Assembly: GCA_963702425.1 (NCBI GenBank)
Contig: CAVPCQ010000019.1
Coordinates: 96,001 to 160,000 of the forward strand
Direction: 5' to 3'
DNA from: an uncultured Acidobacteriota bacterium
Lineage (GTDB): Bacteria > Acidobacteriota > Polarisedimenticolia > J045
Length of the DNA stretch: 64,000 nucleotides
Shown: positions 31,321 through 41,998 of the stretch, piece after piece
Layout of the letters: every line of letters begins with the position of its first letter
Position numbering within the stretch: position 1 is the first letter of the stretch
Notes under the pieces: generated by a model
Databases searched by the model: none
The model's input: only the letters and a program-made list of their open reading frames with translations
What the model was told of the DNA's origin: nothing
Program-made: the position numbers and the translations under genes

Positions 31321-32082
31321 GGTCCGTCTCCTTTTCCCCGATGCGCGGGGAGGCGGGCCATGCTCACTCTGCTGGTCCCCGTTATGTGGCGGTGGCCACG
31401 CGGAATCGATGGCCAGGCGATCACGACGCCGCATTGCGCGTGGCCACGCCACATAACGGGCCAGGGCACAGAACTGTGACAACGGCCCGGCCTTTTCCTC
31501 CCAGTACCTGGCCGAGACCTGTGCCCGGATCGGCGTCACGCTGCTGCACTCCGAGCCCTACGACGCCCCCTCGCGCGGCAAGATCGAGCGCTTCTTCCGC
31601 ACCGTCCGCCTGCGCTTCCTGCCGCTCGTCACCGACGACGAGCTCGTCGGGCTCGAGACACTCCAGGAGCGCTTCGAGCGCTGGCTGCGCGACGACTACC
31701 ACTTCAAGCGCCACAACGGCATCGGCATGAAGCCGATCGACCGCTATCTCGCCGGCGCCCAGGAAACCCTCGTCGAGCGCCTCGCCCCCGAAGAACTCGA
31801 CCACGCCTTCATGGGACGCCTCGTCCGCGTCGTCCGCAACGACGCCACCGTCAAGATCGACGGCACCTTCTACGAGGTCCCGCCCGACTTCATCGGCGCC
31901 CGCGCCGACCTGCGCTTTCCCGTCGGACGGCCCGACGAGCTCTTCCTCTACCAGGACGACCGCCCGGTCGGACCGATCAAGCCGGTCGATCCGGCCCACA
32001 ACGCACGCTTCCACGCCCCGCCGGTCAGCGTCTCCTACGCCGACCTCGCGCGCCGCCGGCAGGAAGCAGACGGGGAGCGGCC

Positions 32083-32877
32083 ATGATCGAAGCCCGCTTC
32101 GGCCTCAAACGCCGCCCCTTCGACAAGCAGATCGCGACCCGCGACCTCTATCCCTGGCCCGGACTCGACGAACTCGCCGCCCGCTTCGAGATGATCAAGC
32201 AGGCCCGCGGCATCATGCTCGTCACCGGCGAGCCCGGCACCGGCAAGACCGTCGCCCTGCGCCGCTTCGTCGACTCCCTCAACCACGAGCACTACAAGGT
32301 CGCCTACCTCCCGCTGTCCACCGTCACCAACCTCGACTTCTACGTCCAGCTCAATCGCGCCCTCGGGGGACAGGACGTCCGCGGCAAGAGCCTGCTCTTC
32401 GAAGAAATCCAGAAAGGGGTCGCCCAGCTCGCCGCCCAGGGCAAGATCCCCGTCGTCGCCCTCGACGAGGCCGATCTGCTCCGCTCCCCGCTCTTCGACG
32501 AGCTGCGCATCCTGCTCAACTTCGAGATGGACTCCAAGGACCCCCTCATCACCGTCCTCGCCGGGCAGCCCCAGCTCCTGGCCAAGCTCGCCCTCCGCGT
32601 CCATCTCCCTTTCCGCCAGCGCGTCGCCATGCGCTACCGCATGCCCCCGCTCGACGAACACCACACCAAGGGCTACGTCGAACACCACCTGCGCCTCGCC
32701 GGCCGCAAACAACGGCTCTTCACCGACGAAGCCACCCTCCAACTCTTCGTCCAGTCCGGCGGCGTCCCGCGCGCGATCAACAACCTCGCCCTCACCGCCC
32801 TGTACAACGCCGCGGCCCAGAGCAAGGACCTCGTCGAACTCGACGACGTCGTCGCCGCCGCCAAGGAGATCGCCTGA
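32083..32877 (+). CDS. ExeA/GspA-like AAA ATPase (transposon helper)
   Basis: FGLKRRPF, GEPGTGKT, LDEA, LAGQP, GGVPRAINNL. Confidence 0.9.
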   Translation: MIEARFGLKRRPFDKQIATRDLYPWPGLDELAARFEMIKQARGIMLVTGEPGTGKTVALRRFVDSLNHEHYKVAYLPLSTVTNLDFYVQLNRALGGQDVRGKSLLFEEIQKGVAQLAAQGKIPVVALDEADLLRSPLFDELRILLNFEMDSKDPLITVLAGQPQLLAKLALRVHLPFRQRVAMRYRMPPLDEHHTKGYVEHHLRLAGRKQRLFTDEATLQLFVQSGGVPRAINNLALTALYNAAAQSKDLVELDDVVAAAKEIA

Positions 32878-33140
32878 TGACCGTCCACGGACTCCCCGAC
32901 GATGACGAGCGCGATCGGATCCTGAGCTACCTCGCCGAGCGCCTCCCCGGCTACCCCTTCGACGAACACGTCGACGGACCCTTCGTCGACGAGCTGCTCG
33001 ACGACTTCCCGCTGCTCGACATCCTCGAGCAGATCAAACGCTTCCGCTGGTACCACGCCAACCAGAGCCTCGCCCTCGCCCGCAATCCGCGCGGCGCCCT
33101 CCGTCGCTGGATCGGACGCACCTACGCCCAGACCGTCTGA
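32877..33140 (+). CDS. 87-aa conserved transposon-associated protein
   Basis: Coupled to the ATPase; near-identical copy at about 41226-41489; paralogue at 34202-34452. Confidence 0.8.
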   Translation: MTVHGLPDDDERDRILSYLAERLPGYPFDEHVDGPFVDELLDDFPLLDILEQIKRFRWYHANQSLALARNPRGALRRWIGRTYAQTV

Positions 33141-33361
33141 CCGCTCGCACCAGCCTCGCGGCTTCAGGCCAGCGTGACGGATCCTCGATCGTCACGCTGG
33201 CCTCTTCTTCCTGGCGTCCCCGCAATCCGCAGCAAAGACGGAAGCCACGCTGCGCTGCCTGCACGCAGCAAGCCGGCCGTCACACTGCAATGCATGCCAT
33301 CCAACAATCTGTCTCGCAGACCTGCAGGCCATCCGGCGGCAGCAGAATGTGACGGGTTACA

Positions 33362-34527
33362 CTCCGCCCGCATGCGCTCGACAGCTACGACACGCTGCAG
33401 CCGGAAGGGACCGATGACGACCCGCGCTGACGACGGTCTGCTGGCCCGCGCCCGGCGTCTCGGGCTGTACGGCCTGCTCGCCCGCTGGGACGAGGTCCAG
33501 GGGCAGGACTGGCTCCCCGGCCTGCTCGGCGCCGAAGAACACGAGCGCCGGCGCCGCGGCTTCGAACGCCGGCTGCGCCGGGCCTGGCTGACCCGCTTCA
33601 AGCCCATGGCCGACTTCGACTGGGACTGGCCCAAGAAGATCGACCGGGAGCAGGTCGAGGAGCTCTTCGCCTGCGCTTCCTCGACGAGGCCGCCAACGTG
33701 GTCTTCTGTGGCCCCAACGGGGTCGGGAAGATCATGATCGCCAAGAACCTCGCCCACCAGGCCGCCCTCGCGCCGGTCACACCGTCCGCTTCATCACCGC
33801 CAGCGACACTGCTCAACGACCTCGCCGCCCAGGACGGACCCGGCGCGCTCAAGCGTCGCTTCGTCGCTACGCCCGCCCGCGTCTGCTCGGCATTGACGAG
33901 CTCGGCTACCTGGCCTACGACAACCGCACGCCGACCTGCTCTTCGAGGTCGTCAGCCGGCGCTACGGCCAGGCCTCGACGATCGTGACGACCAACAAGAC
34001 CTTCGCGAATCGAACCAGGTCTTTCCCAACGCAGCCTGCGTCGTCACCCTGGTCGACCGCCTCGTCCACAACTCCGAGATCGTGCCGATCGAGGGCCAGC
34101 CGTATCGGCTGAAGGAGGCCCAGGAGAAGGCGGCCGCACGGGCCCGTGAGCGCGCCCATCGCAAGTCCGCCCCCGCCCCAAACGCTGAAGGAGGATCCGC
34201 TGTGGCTCACGTACCACTCCCCGACGAAACCGCTACCGCGGTCCTCGACTACCTCGCGCAGAACCTGCCCGGCTACCCCTCGACCCCGAGGTCGATACGG
34301 CCTTCGTCGATGAACTCCTCGACGACTTCGCCGACCTCGATGTGCTCGAGCAGCTCAAACGCTTCCGCTGGTACTACGACAACCGGCCGCTCGCGAACAT
34401 CCGCAACCCCCGCGGCGCGATCCGCGCCTGGATCCGCCGCGCCCAGCGCTGATCCCCGCCGCCAACGCCGATGGCGGGCTCACGCGCCAACAGCCAGAAC
34501 GCCGCGCTTCCTGACAGCCGGCAACAC
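33362..34527 (+). mobile_element. istB: Truncated IS21-type element: istA tail, frameshifted istB (from 33414), small gene, right end
   Basis: LRPHALDSYDTL; FDWDWPKKID, GPNGVGK, DELGY, LVDRLVHNSEIVPIEGQPYRLKEA; end CTGACAGCCGGCAACA. Confidence 0.8.
34202..34452 (+). CDS. Paralogue of the 87-aa protein; frameshift near 34279
   Basis: LDYLAQNLPGYP..FVDELLDDF..LEQLKRFRWYY..RNPRGAIRAWIRR. Confidence 0.7.
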
Positions 34528-34549
34528 ACGTCACAGTGTCCACCTGATC

Positions 34550-34787
34550 AAGGTGTCGGCGGCCGTCCGAGCGGCGGGACCCGGCGCCCGCCGGAGGCGT
34601 CGCTCCCACCAGCGCAGCGTCCAGACCGGCACCCCAGAGCGCCGCGACAACTCCGCCCAACTCCAGCCCCCGCGCTCGCGGCGCGACAACCATGACCTCA
34701 TCCGCTCCGGATCTTGGCGTCGTCTCATGACCGCCACGATCCCTCATGGCGCGCGTCAGCGGAAGACGGGCATCACACGACGGTTAC
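34550..34787 (-). mobile_element. Truncated IS66 element B (left end and partial tnpA)
   Basis: End GTAACCGTCG; WAELSRRSGVPVWTLRWW; matches about 42835-43072. Confidence 0.8.
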
Positions 34788-34789
34788 CA

Positions 34790-34948
34790 GTGATCACGAT
34801 GCCCGGAATCCCTGATCGCGATCCCGGAATCCCTGATCAGGATCCCGGAATCCGCGATCACGATGCCCGGAATTGGTGATCACGATCCCGGAATCCCTGA
34901 TTACGATGCCCCGGAACGAGCGATCACGCGATGGTCCGGCAACCGCCA
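34790..34948. repeat. About seven tandem 21-23 bp repeats forming an IS21-family end
   Basis: Unit about TGATCACGAT(G)CCCGGAATCC with no spacers, ending CCGGCAACCGCCA. Confidence 0.8.
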
Positions 34949-35050
34949 CCGCTCCTCGCCGTCTTCACGGCCCGCCCGATCGCCGGGCGCGGGGCTATTC
35001 GTAGACGACCGTCACGCCGAGGGGAAGAACGTCGCTCCCGGACCGCTTAC
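34949..35050 (-). mobile_element. Third, inverted copy of IS66-A left end
   Basis: Reverse complement of about 21511-21612, ends CCGCTTAC. Confidence 0.85.
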
Positions 35051-35129
35051 GCACCTCGCCAGTTCAACCTGGCATTCGACGTCGCGGCGGTGCGGAGCAT
35101 GACACCGGAGGATCGGGCGCGGGCGGTCA

Positions 35130-35301
35130 GGTTGACCCCTACACCTACCTGGTCGACGTATTGCAGCGGGTCGACAGCCACCCAGCGAGCGACGTGGCCG
35201 CCTTGACCCCGCGGCTGTGGAAGGAGCAGTTCGCCGCGGCCCCCCGGCGGGGCTGAGCATTTCGACCCGGCTGTCCACTACGCCGTTCGCTGACCGCTTA
35301 C
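35130..35301 (+). mobile_element. IS66 right end with TnpC C-terminus
   Basis: VDPYTYLVDVLQRVDSHPASDVAALTPRLWK; terminus GACCGCTTAC. Confidence 0.8.
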
Positions 35302-35401
35302 GCTACTGCGACGGTAGGAGACGTTGCCGTCGCCCAAGCAGAGAATCAGCAACTGGCAAGTCGCGGTCATCCGCACCCCTTCCGGCCACCTGCAGGTGCG
35401 A

Positions 35402-36977
35402 TCAGGGCTTGACGTCGGTCCGCTCTGTACCATGTACGTCAGCCGGAGGATCGCCGGCTCCCCCTCCCGAACCAAACGCGGAGCACTGTGCATTGAAGCC
35501 ACAGCCGATCTGGGTGCTGTCGCTGGGCCCGGAGTAGGCGCCCACGTATGAGGGGTAGCCGCCTCCCCGCCCACCGCTCATCGCCGGGGACCCGGCCCTC
35601 GGCTTGAATCTGTGATTGGCGGGATCCTCTAGCTGAGGGTCGACACGTCGCGAGTTCGATTCGTCCTTCAATCCTGCTCCGCAATGCGATAGCATGTGGT
35701 TCTGCCAGGATGCCCATGTTGAGAAGTCATTCGGCCCATTCTGCCAGCGGACCGCAGTGTCAGCGGCGGGCCAGTACAGGTTGTAGTCGAATACTACGAA
35801 CCGGGCGCACCAATCGTCGTTGCCCCAATTGTTGTCGATGTAGTTCCAGCCGACAGGAGGATCACCCAGGAATAGGTTGTTGAAAAGCTCGTTTCCGGAT
35901 CCGGCCGGAGAATCCTGGCGGTAGTCCCACGAACTCGTGTTGGGCGAGTAGATCGTGTTGTTGTACACCTTGTCGTTGGCCAGGGGCCCCACATCGCCGT
36001 GGAGAATGCCACCCGCGTCGTCCACGATATTGTGGTGGATTTCGTTCCCGGTCCCCTCGCTCTTGTTGTGGCCGAACTTGCCCTCTCCGCCCCGCGCCAG
36101 ATTGTAGCGGAACACGCCTTCCCTGTTCGGGCCCTTAAAGTAGAAAGTGTAGGTCGATTGCTCGGAACTCGGGAGAAAGCTGTTGGACCAGATGAAATCG
36201 TTGCGCTCGATGAGCGCGCCCCGAGTCGAGTAGAGGTGGATTCCGTCGGGATGCTCGTGACGACCGTTGTAGAAATAGGAGTTCGGGTATTCCCCGAATC
36301 CAGCGTAGTTGTAGGGACCGCCGTTCTGGCAGGTGTTGTCAACGACGAACATGTTTTCTCGAATGACCAGCCCGTCCACATAACCTTCTCCGACCGACCA
36401 CTGGGTTATCAAGTTGGCGTCGTTGAAGGTCCCGAGCGCGGACGGACAGATGAACTTCACTCTTTCAATGATGATCCCATCGCAGCCGTTCTGGCCGTTG
36501 GCCCCCGGTCTTCCGGTGGCCCACTCGATGTTGATCCTGCCGTGTACTTCAAGGTCCGAGATCGTGATGAACTGGGTGGGCACCGCATCCAGACCGTTGA
36601 TCGTGATGGCATCGTGCAAGAAGCTGTCTGGGATGATACGGGCTAACTCGCCGGGAGCGCTCCTGGTAAGTGATCCGCTGACTATCGGACCAGCCTCCAA
36701 CCTTGGGCTCGAATCCGTACCGGTTGCCTGCGGGACCGCGGTAGTTGCCACCCTTGGCGTAGCACACGTGATTCCCAGCACCGCTGGCGCGCGCAGCCTG
36801 TCCACACCGGTTGAAGGTGGCGCAGGCGTCGGTCGTTGCGTTCGTGCACCCTCTGGCATCATCTCCGGTGGGCGAGATGTAGAAGTCGCGAGCCCAACCC
36901 ATCCCGGGGACTGCGGTCACGAACAGAAGCACTGCCAGGATCCTGCAACCCTTCGATCGGCCGATGGCTGCCGTCAT
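35402..36977 (-). CDS. Secreted right-handed beta-helix protein (lyase/glycanase-like); frameshift near 36666
   Basis: Signal peptide, FYISPTGDD, YAKGGNY, HPDGIH, IHHN, VYNNT, DYNLY, DPQL..GSPA..VGAY; Asn-rich, lower GC. Confidence 0.8.
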
Positions 36978-37030
36978 GCCGAACACCGTACTCCCCACGA
37001 TGGCCTCCCATCATCCCAGGGTGAAATGAA

Positions 37031-37046
37031 AGCAATAATGATGCCA
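37031..37046 (-). promoter_or_regulatory. Sigma-54 promoter of the beta-helix gene
   Basis: Minus strand TGGCATCATTATTGCT (GG-N10-GC) about 55 bp upstream of the ATG. Confidence 0.7.
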
Positions 37047-37411
37047 GCATTATGTACCGCCCTGCATGGCTCGTCCAGCGCCAAGGAAATCGAAGCACTC
37101 TTACGATCTCGTACCCATGAACGCGGTTTCGTGCTGGATCGCGCGAGAGATCCGGGAGGGCCAGGCGGCGCCCAGACGGTATCGCTACCGGCAAGTGCGA
37201 GGCCACGAGCCCAGTTCCTCCCCGTTCTCCGGATACCTCAGGGCGCGACGAGGGGGCAACCCGTGGTGGACGAACTCCAGGACCATCACCGCCAGTCTGG
37301 CGACGACTACGCTTTCACGCACGGCGGCCTCCTCGGCCAACTCGCTCCCCCACCGTGACACCGTGTCCGGCCGGCGAGCCGCAAGAGAACGCAACGATCA
37401 GGACGAGACCC

Positions 37412-39076
37412 TCATTCTTCGGCGCCCTCAAAGCAGAGCTTCTCCGACATCTTGGCATCCGTCGCGGAGGGCGGCCCGGCGGGAGAATCGGCCCATTCTG
37501 CGTCAGGCTGGGCCTCGTAGAAGGTGTACTGTCCCACGCGCCACGAGGACAGTCTCGTCCATCGGCGGAACACCTCGACGGCCTCGGAAGGGGTGGTGGG
37601 CACCTCCCGGAGGCTCCAGTCGATGCCGCCCGGAGTCGGTTCCCCCAGCAGGTCGGAGAGCACGCAAACCTTTCCTCCTCGCGCACGGGTGGCGGCCACA
37701 ATCCGGAGCTTCGGTAGCCAGGATTCGCGACCGAACGTCTGTGCCTCCCGGGACACGTTGAACAGGCGGATGCCGCTGAAGTAGAGAGTCGGCGCCCAGA
37801 CGTCCGCATGAAGTGCTGCCCACCCACGATCAGGAGCGAACCTCTCGGGTTCCGTTTCAAAGCCTCGCGTCCCAGGGTAGTCCGGAGGCCGCCCTCGCGG
37901 GCGAGGATCGGAACGAGTCCCGTGCCCACGTTGGTAATCCCTAACGCCACGAGTGCCACTGCAGGTAGCGCAAGATTGCGCGTGTGGCTCTTCCACGCAG
38001 CCTGGATGCCTGCAACTAAGAGCAGGGAGATAAGCGGGAGGCTAGGCGCGAACCTCTCGATGTCCGAACCCTGATAGGACGCCGCAAAGAGGGCGTTGAA
38101 TAGAACGGCGGGGGCGGCGCAGGCCGAGAACCGGACCAGGGCATCTCCCTCCGGGACAGGGACTGTACGATCCCGAAGCCTGCGAAGAGGACCCCCACAC
38201 CCAGAAGCGTCGCCCAGCACAGTCCCCAGATGAGTATCGGCCCGTCGACGAGTTGCGGGTCATTCAGGATCAGGCCCTTGGCGCTGGTGCCGAACTCCCC
38301 GAGATGCAGGAATGCGGCAATGAACCCGAAAACGGCACGAAAGACGCCCACCACACTAAGAGCCGGGGCGACCCCGTGGCTGCTCGACCACAACCATGTC
38401 GCGAACCCCGAGATGGTAGTCGCGGGCTGAGAGACGACGTATCCAACAGAGGCCAGGGCGCCGATCGACCCAGTCGTGAGCCCTCCCAGTAGGGCAGAGC
38501 GCACGAGCCTCCGCCATACAGAACCTTCGGAGAAGACGAACGCGCAGATGACCAGGCTCGGGAGCAGCAGGGGCGCCGTCCCCAGGTTCCCCATGAAAGG
38601 GTCATCAGGCCCGCACTGGCAAGCCCCAGCCCCCAGGACCACGGACGTCCTTCCGGATGGGCCAGTGCCGAGATGGCAGCCAACGCCAGGGCCGGCCCGG
38701 TGCTGTATGGGGTTCCCGATCCGCCATACCAGAGAGCGAACTGCGACAGGGCAACGATCGCCGCCGCCGGGAGGCCCGCCCGGTCCAGGCCGAAGCGGGC
38801 GGCGGTCCTGTACGTCACGCCGACGAGGAGCACGGTACCGACGGAGCTCATCACCCGCAGGAGTAGGATGGGATCGACGTCGCACCCCGCGGCCCGTAGT
38901 ACCCGGAACAGGATGTGGCCGGATGCTTGCCACAGCAGATGGCCGGAGTCCACGCGGCCGGCGGTGATGTCCCATGCGTACCATGGCGCGTCGCTGTACC
39001 AGTAGGGGTTGAGCACGTAGAAGGCCGCTGCTAACACGACGGCGAGGATCGAAAAGCGCCAAGCTCTCCCTCCCAT
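37412..39076 (-). pseudogene. Multi-TM GT-C-like membrane protein, several frameshifts
   Basis: YSDAPWYA..GHLLW after the first TM; hydrophobic pieces across ORFs 38270, 38016, 37315 and 37412; ERF..P motif. Confidence 0.5.
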
Positions 39077-39562
39077 TGCGGCACCCTCCTTCATCTTGCG
39101 GGAACCTGTGGCGAAGCGGTCGCCGCAACCGTGCGGCGTCCCACAACTCGCGACACTCGCTCCTCCTCAGGGCACCGACCGTGATGCACGTTGGGGGCAC
39201 CAGAAGCAGGAGAAGTCCCGGCCGCACCTCGGGGCCCCAGCCCTCGGCCACCGGTACGGCCATCGAGCCGGCGAAACCCACGGCGGCCGACGCCCCCATC
39301 GGCCCGCCCGGGCCGCCGCTCTACATTTCGACGCGCTACTCACCTTCGGCCTCCCACCACTTCTGCGCGGCCAGAGCCGCAGAGGGGACGGCGCGCTCAC
39401 GGGCGGATGAGTCATCGAACATGCCCTTCTCCCGCGTTCGGAGGATACGGCGAATCCTCGACAGGGAGAACCTGATCCGACTTTCGGCGGACCCTGTAGT
39501 CAGCGGTACTCGGCGGATCCGTCCCGATTGCGGTGGAAAAAGGAAAGTGGCGTAACCTCCTG

Positions 39563-40708
39563 CTAGTGTGGTGATTCATTCTTGGCTTTACAACGAGCGA
39601 TCTTGCGTAGGATGCTTGCCGCCGACGCGGTCCAGATGAATGGCTTGGGGTCGCGGTTATTGTGCCTGATGAAGTCGTTGATCGCGCGAACCAGCGAGGG
39701 CACGTTCCTGAACGTCCCGCGGCGGATGCGTTTGCGTGTGATCTCCGCGAACCAGCGTTCGACGAGGTTGAGCCACGACGAGCTGGTCGGGATGAAGTGA
39801 AGGTGGAAGCGCGGATGCTGTGCGAGCCACGCGCGAACGACCGGGTGCTTGTGCGTTCCGTAGTTATCGAGGACGAGGTGCAGTTCCCGGCGTCGCGGCG
39901 TCGAGCGGTCGATTTCCTGAAGGAAACTGAGGAAGTCCGCGTGCTTGTGGGCTGGCTTGCAGCTCCCGATGACGTTCCCGTCGAGGACATTGAGCGCGGC
40001 GAACAGTGTTGTGGTTCCATGACGCACGTAGTCGTGCGTCCGGGTCGTCGGCCGACCCGACATCATTGGCAGAGCGGGCTGGGTGCGATCGAGAGCTTGG
40101 ACCTGGCTTTTTTCGTCCACACACAGGACGAGCGCCTTGTCCGGGGGGTCCAGATAGAGGCCGACGACATCGCGCAGCTTCTCGATGAACGCGGGATCGC
40201 GGCTCAGCTTGAACGTCTTCACCCGATGCGGCTGCAGGCCATGCGACTGCCAGATGCGGACTACCGTCGATTGACTCACGCGTTGCGCCTTGGCCATCGC
40301 GCGCGTACTCCAGTGCGTCGCGTCCTTGGGCACCGTCTGAAGCGTCGCCGTCACGATCGCGTCGACTTTCCGCGCACCGATGGGCCGCAGTCCTCCTCCC
40401 CGGCGCGGTTCGTCCTTCAGCAGTCCTCGAACTCCACTCGCTGCGAAGCGCTGCCGCCAGCGAAACACCGTGGGTCGGGACACACCCAACCGTTTCGCGA
40501 GGGCGTTGTTCGACTCCCCCGCGGCCGCCCCGAGCGCGATCGCGGCGCGCACGGCGATTCGCTGCTGTGTCCGGCCATTGTTCACCATGGCCTCCAGCAA
40601 TGCACGCTCGCCGCGGGGTACCTTCAGAGATTCCGCTGGGCTCCACATGCCGCGATGGTACTAGCCCACCCGGCTTATTGCAACCTCAAGAATGACTCAT
40701 TACACTAG
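39563..40708 (-). mobile_element. Intact IS630-family element (transposase 39563..40648)
   Basis: HWSTR, LCVDEKSQ, HDYVRHGT, LDNYGTHK, SSWLNLVERWF; ends TAGTGT..ACACTA in CTAG sites. Confidence 0.95.
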
Positions 40709-40777
40709 CGAAGCAGTTCGCCCGAGAAGGGCGAGGAGGGTTGCGCCATTAAGGACGGTATCACGACTGAGGCGGAG

Positions 40778-40991
40778 GTGGTGTCGTTCCGCCGGAACCT
40801 GCGGCAGCTGGTGAAGGATCGGATCCGGGAGGCGATCGAGGTCGCCCTGGACGAAGAGCTGGGCGAGGCACTGGGGGCGCCGAAGTCGGGCCGAACGGCC
40901 AGCCGACGGGGCTACCGGCACGGCACGGAAGAGCGGCTGGTGACCACGGAAGCGGGCAGCCGGACGCTGCGCGTGCCGCGGGGTCGGATGC
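40778..40991 (+). pseudogene. IS256-family transposase N-terminal fragment
   Basis: LDEELGEALGA..R..RRGYRHG..R..TEAG..LRVPR, cut by a TGT transposon end. Confidence 0.75.
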
Positions 40992-41998
40992 TGTAACCCG
41001 TCACATTCTGCTGCGGCCGGATGGCCTGCAGGTCTGCGCGACAGATTGTTGGATGGCATGCCTTGCAGCGTGACCGCCGGCTTGCGGCTTGCAAGCAGCG
41101 CAGCGTGATCTTCAGCGTTGCGGCGGATTCGGGCGCTCGCAGCGGGCGGCGGCGGAAAGAGAAGGCCAGCGTGACGATCGAGGATCCGTCACGCTGGCCT
41201 GAAGCCGCGAGGCTGGTGCGAGCGGTCAGACGGTCTGGGCGTAGGTGCGTCCGATCCAGCGACGGAGGGCGCCGCGCGGATTGCGGGCGAGAGCGAGGCT
41301 CTGGTTGGCGTGGTACCAGCGGAAGCGTTTGATCTGCTCGAGGAGGTCGAGCAGCGGGAAGTCGTCGAGCAACTCGTCGACGAAGGGTCCATCGACGTGT
41401 TCGTCGAAGGGGTAGCCGGGGAGGCGCTCGGCGAGGTAGCTCAGGATGCGTTCGCGCTCGTCATCGTCGGGGAGTTCGTGGACGGTCATCAGGCGATCTC
41501 CTTGGCGGCGGCGACGACGTCGTCGAGTTCGACGAGGTCCTTGCTCTGGGCCGCGGCGTTGTACAGGGCGGTGAGGGCGAGGTTGTTGATCGCGCGCGGG
41601 ACGCCGCCGGACTGGACGAAGAGTTGGAGGGTGGCTTCGTCGGTGAAGAGCCGTTGTTTGCGGCCGGCGAGGCGCAGGTGGTGTTCGATGTAGCCCTTGG
41701 TGTGGTGTTCGTCGAGCGGGGGCATGCGGTAGCGCATGGCGACGCGCTGCCGGAAAGGGAGGTGGACGCGGAGGGCGAGCTTGGCCAGGAGCTGGGGCTG
41801 CCCGGCGAGGACGGTGATGAGGGGGTCCTTGGAGTCCATCTCGAAGTTGAGCAGGATGCGCAGCTCGTCGAAGAGCGGGGAGCGGAGCAGATCGGCCTCG
41901 TCGAGGACGACGACGGGGATCTTGCCCTGGGCGGCGAGCTGGGCGACTCCTTTCTGGATTTCGTCGAAGAGCAGGCTCTTGCCGCGGACGTCCTGTCC
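40992..41998 (-). mobile_element. Inverted partial copy of the ExeA transposon right part
   Basis: Near-identical to about 32368-33361: ATPase 3' part, 87-aa gene, TGTAACCCGTCAC end. Confidence 0.9.

Larger units (their letters stand above)
27962..31479 (-). mobile_element. RIT element (Recombinases In Trio)
   Basis: Three overlapping tyrosine recombinase genes between about 100-bp perfect inverted repeats (27982-28084, 31377-31479). Confidence 0.9.
27261..32086 (+). pseudogene. DDE (rve/Mu-C type) transposase split by RIT; also in-frame TAG at 27606
   Basis: 5' part PNDLWIGDFMHG..IIDDHSR..FYCD (to 27961); 3' part from 31480 NGPAF..RGKIERFF..RVVRNDATV. Confidence 0.88.
25026..33361 (+). mobile_element. 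TGT..ACA transposon: hypothetical gene, DDE transposase, ExeA-like ATPase and small gene; carries nested ISAzo13 and RIT
   Basis: Right end GTGACGGGTTACA at 33361 (confirmed by the copy at 40992); probable left end TGTGGAGCGTCACTCTG; no target duplication seen. Confidence 0.65.

Noticed and set aside
32083-32877. Type II secretion ExeA
   Set aside because: Short ATPase-only protein coupled to a DDE transposase; no T2SS genes
34790-34948. Possible CRISPR array
   Set aside because: Repeats are contiguous with no unique spacers, no cas genes are present, and they end in an IS21-type terminus
35051-35129. Fragment QFNLAFDVAAVRSMTPEDRARAV resembling small genes upstream of serine recombinases
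   Set aside because: Too short to support a call
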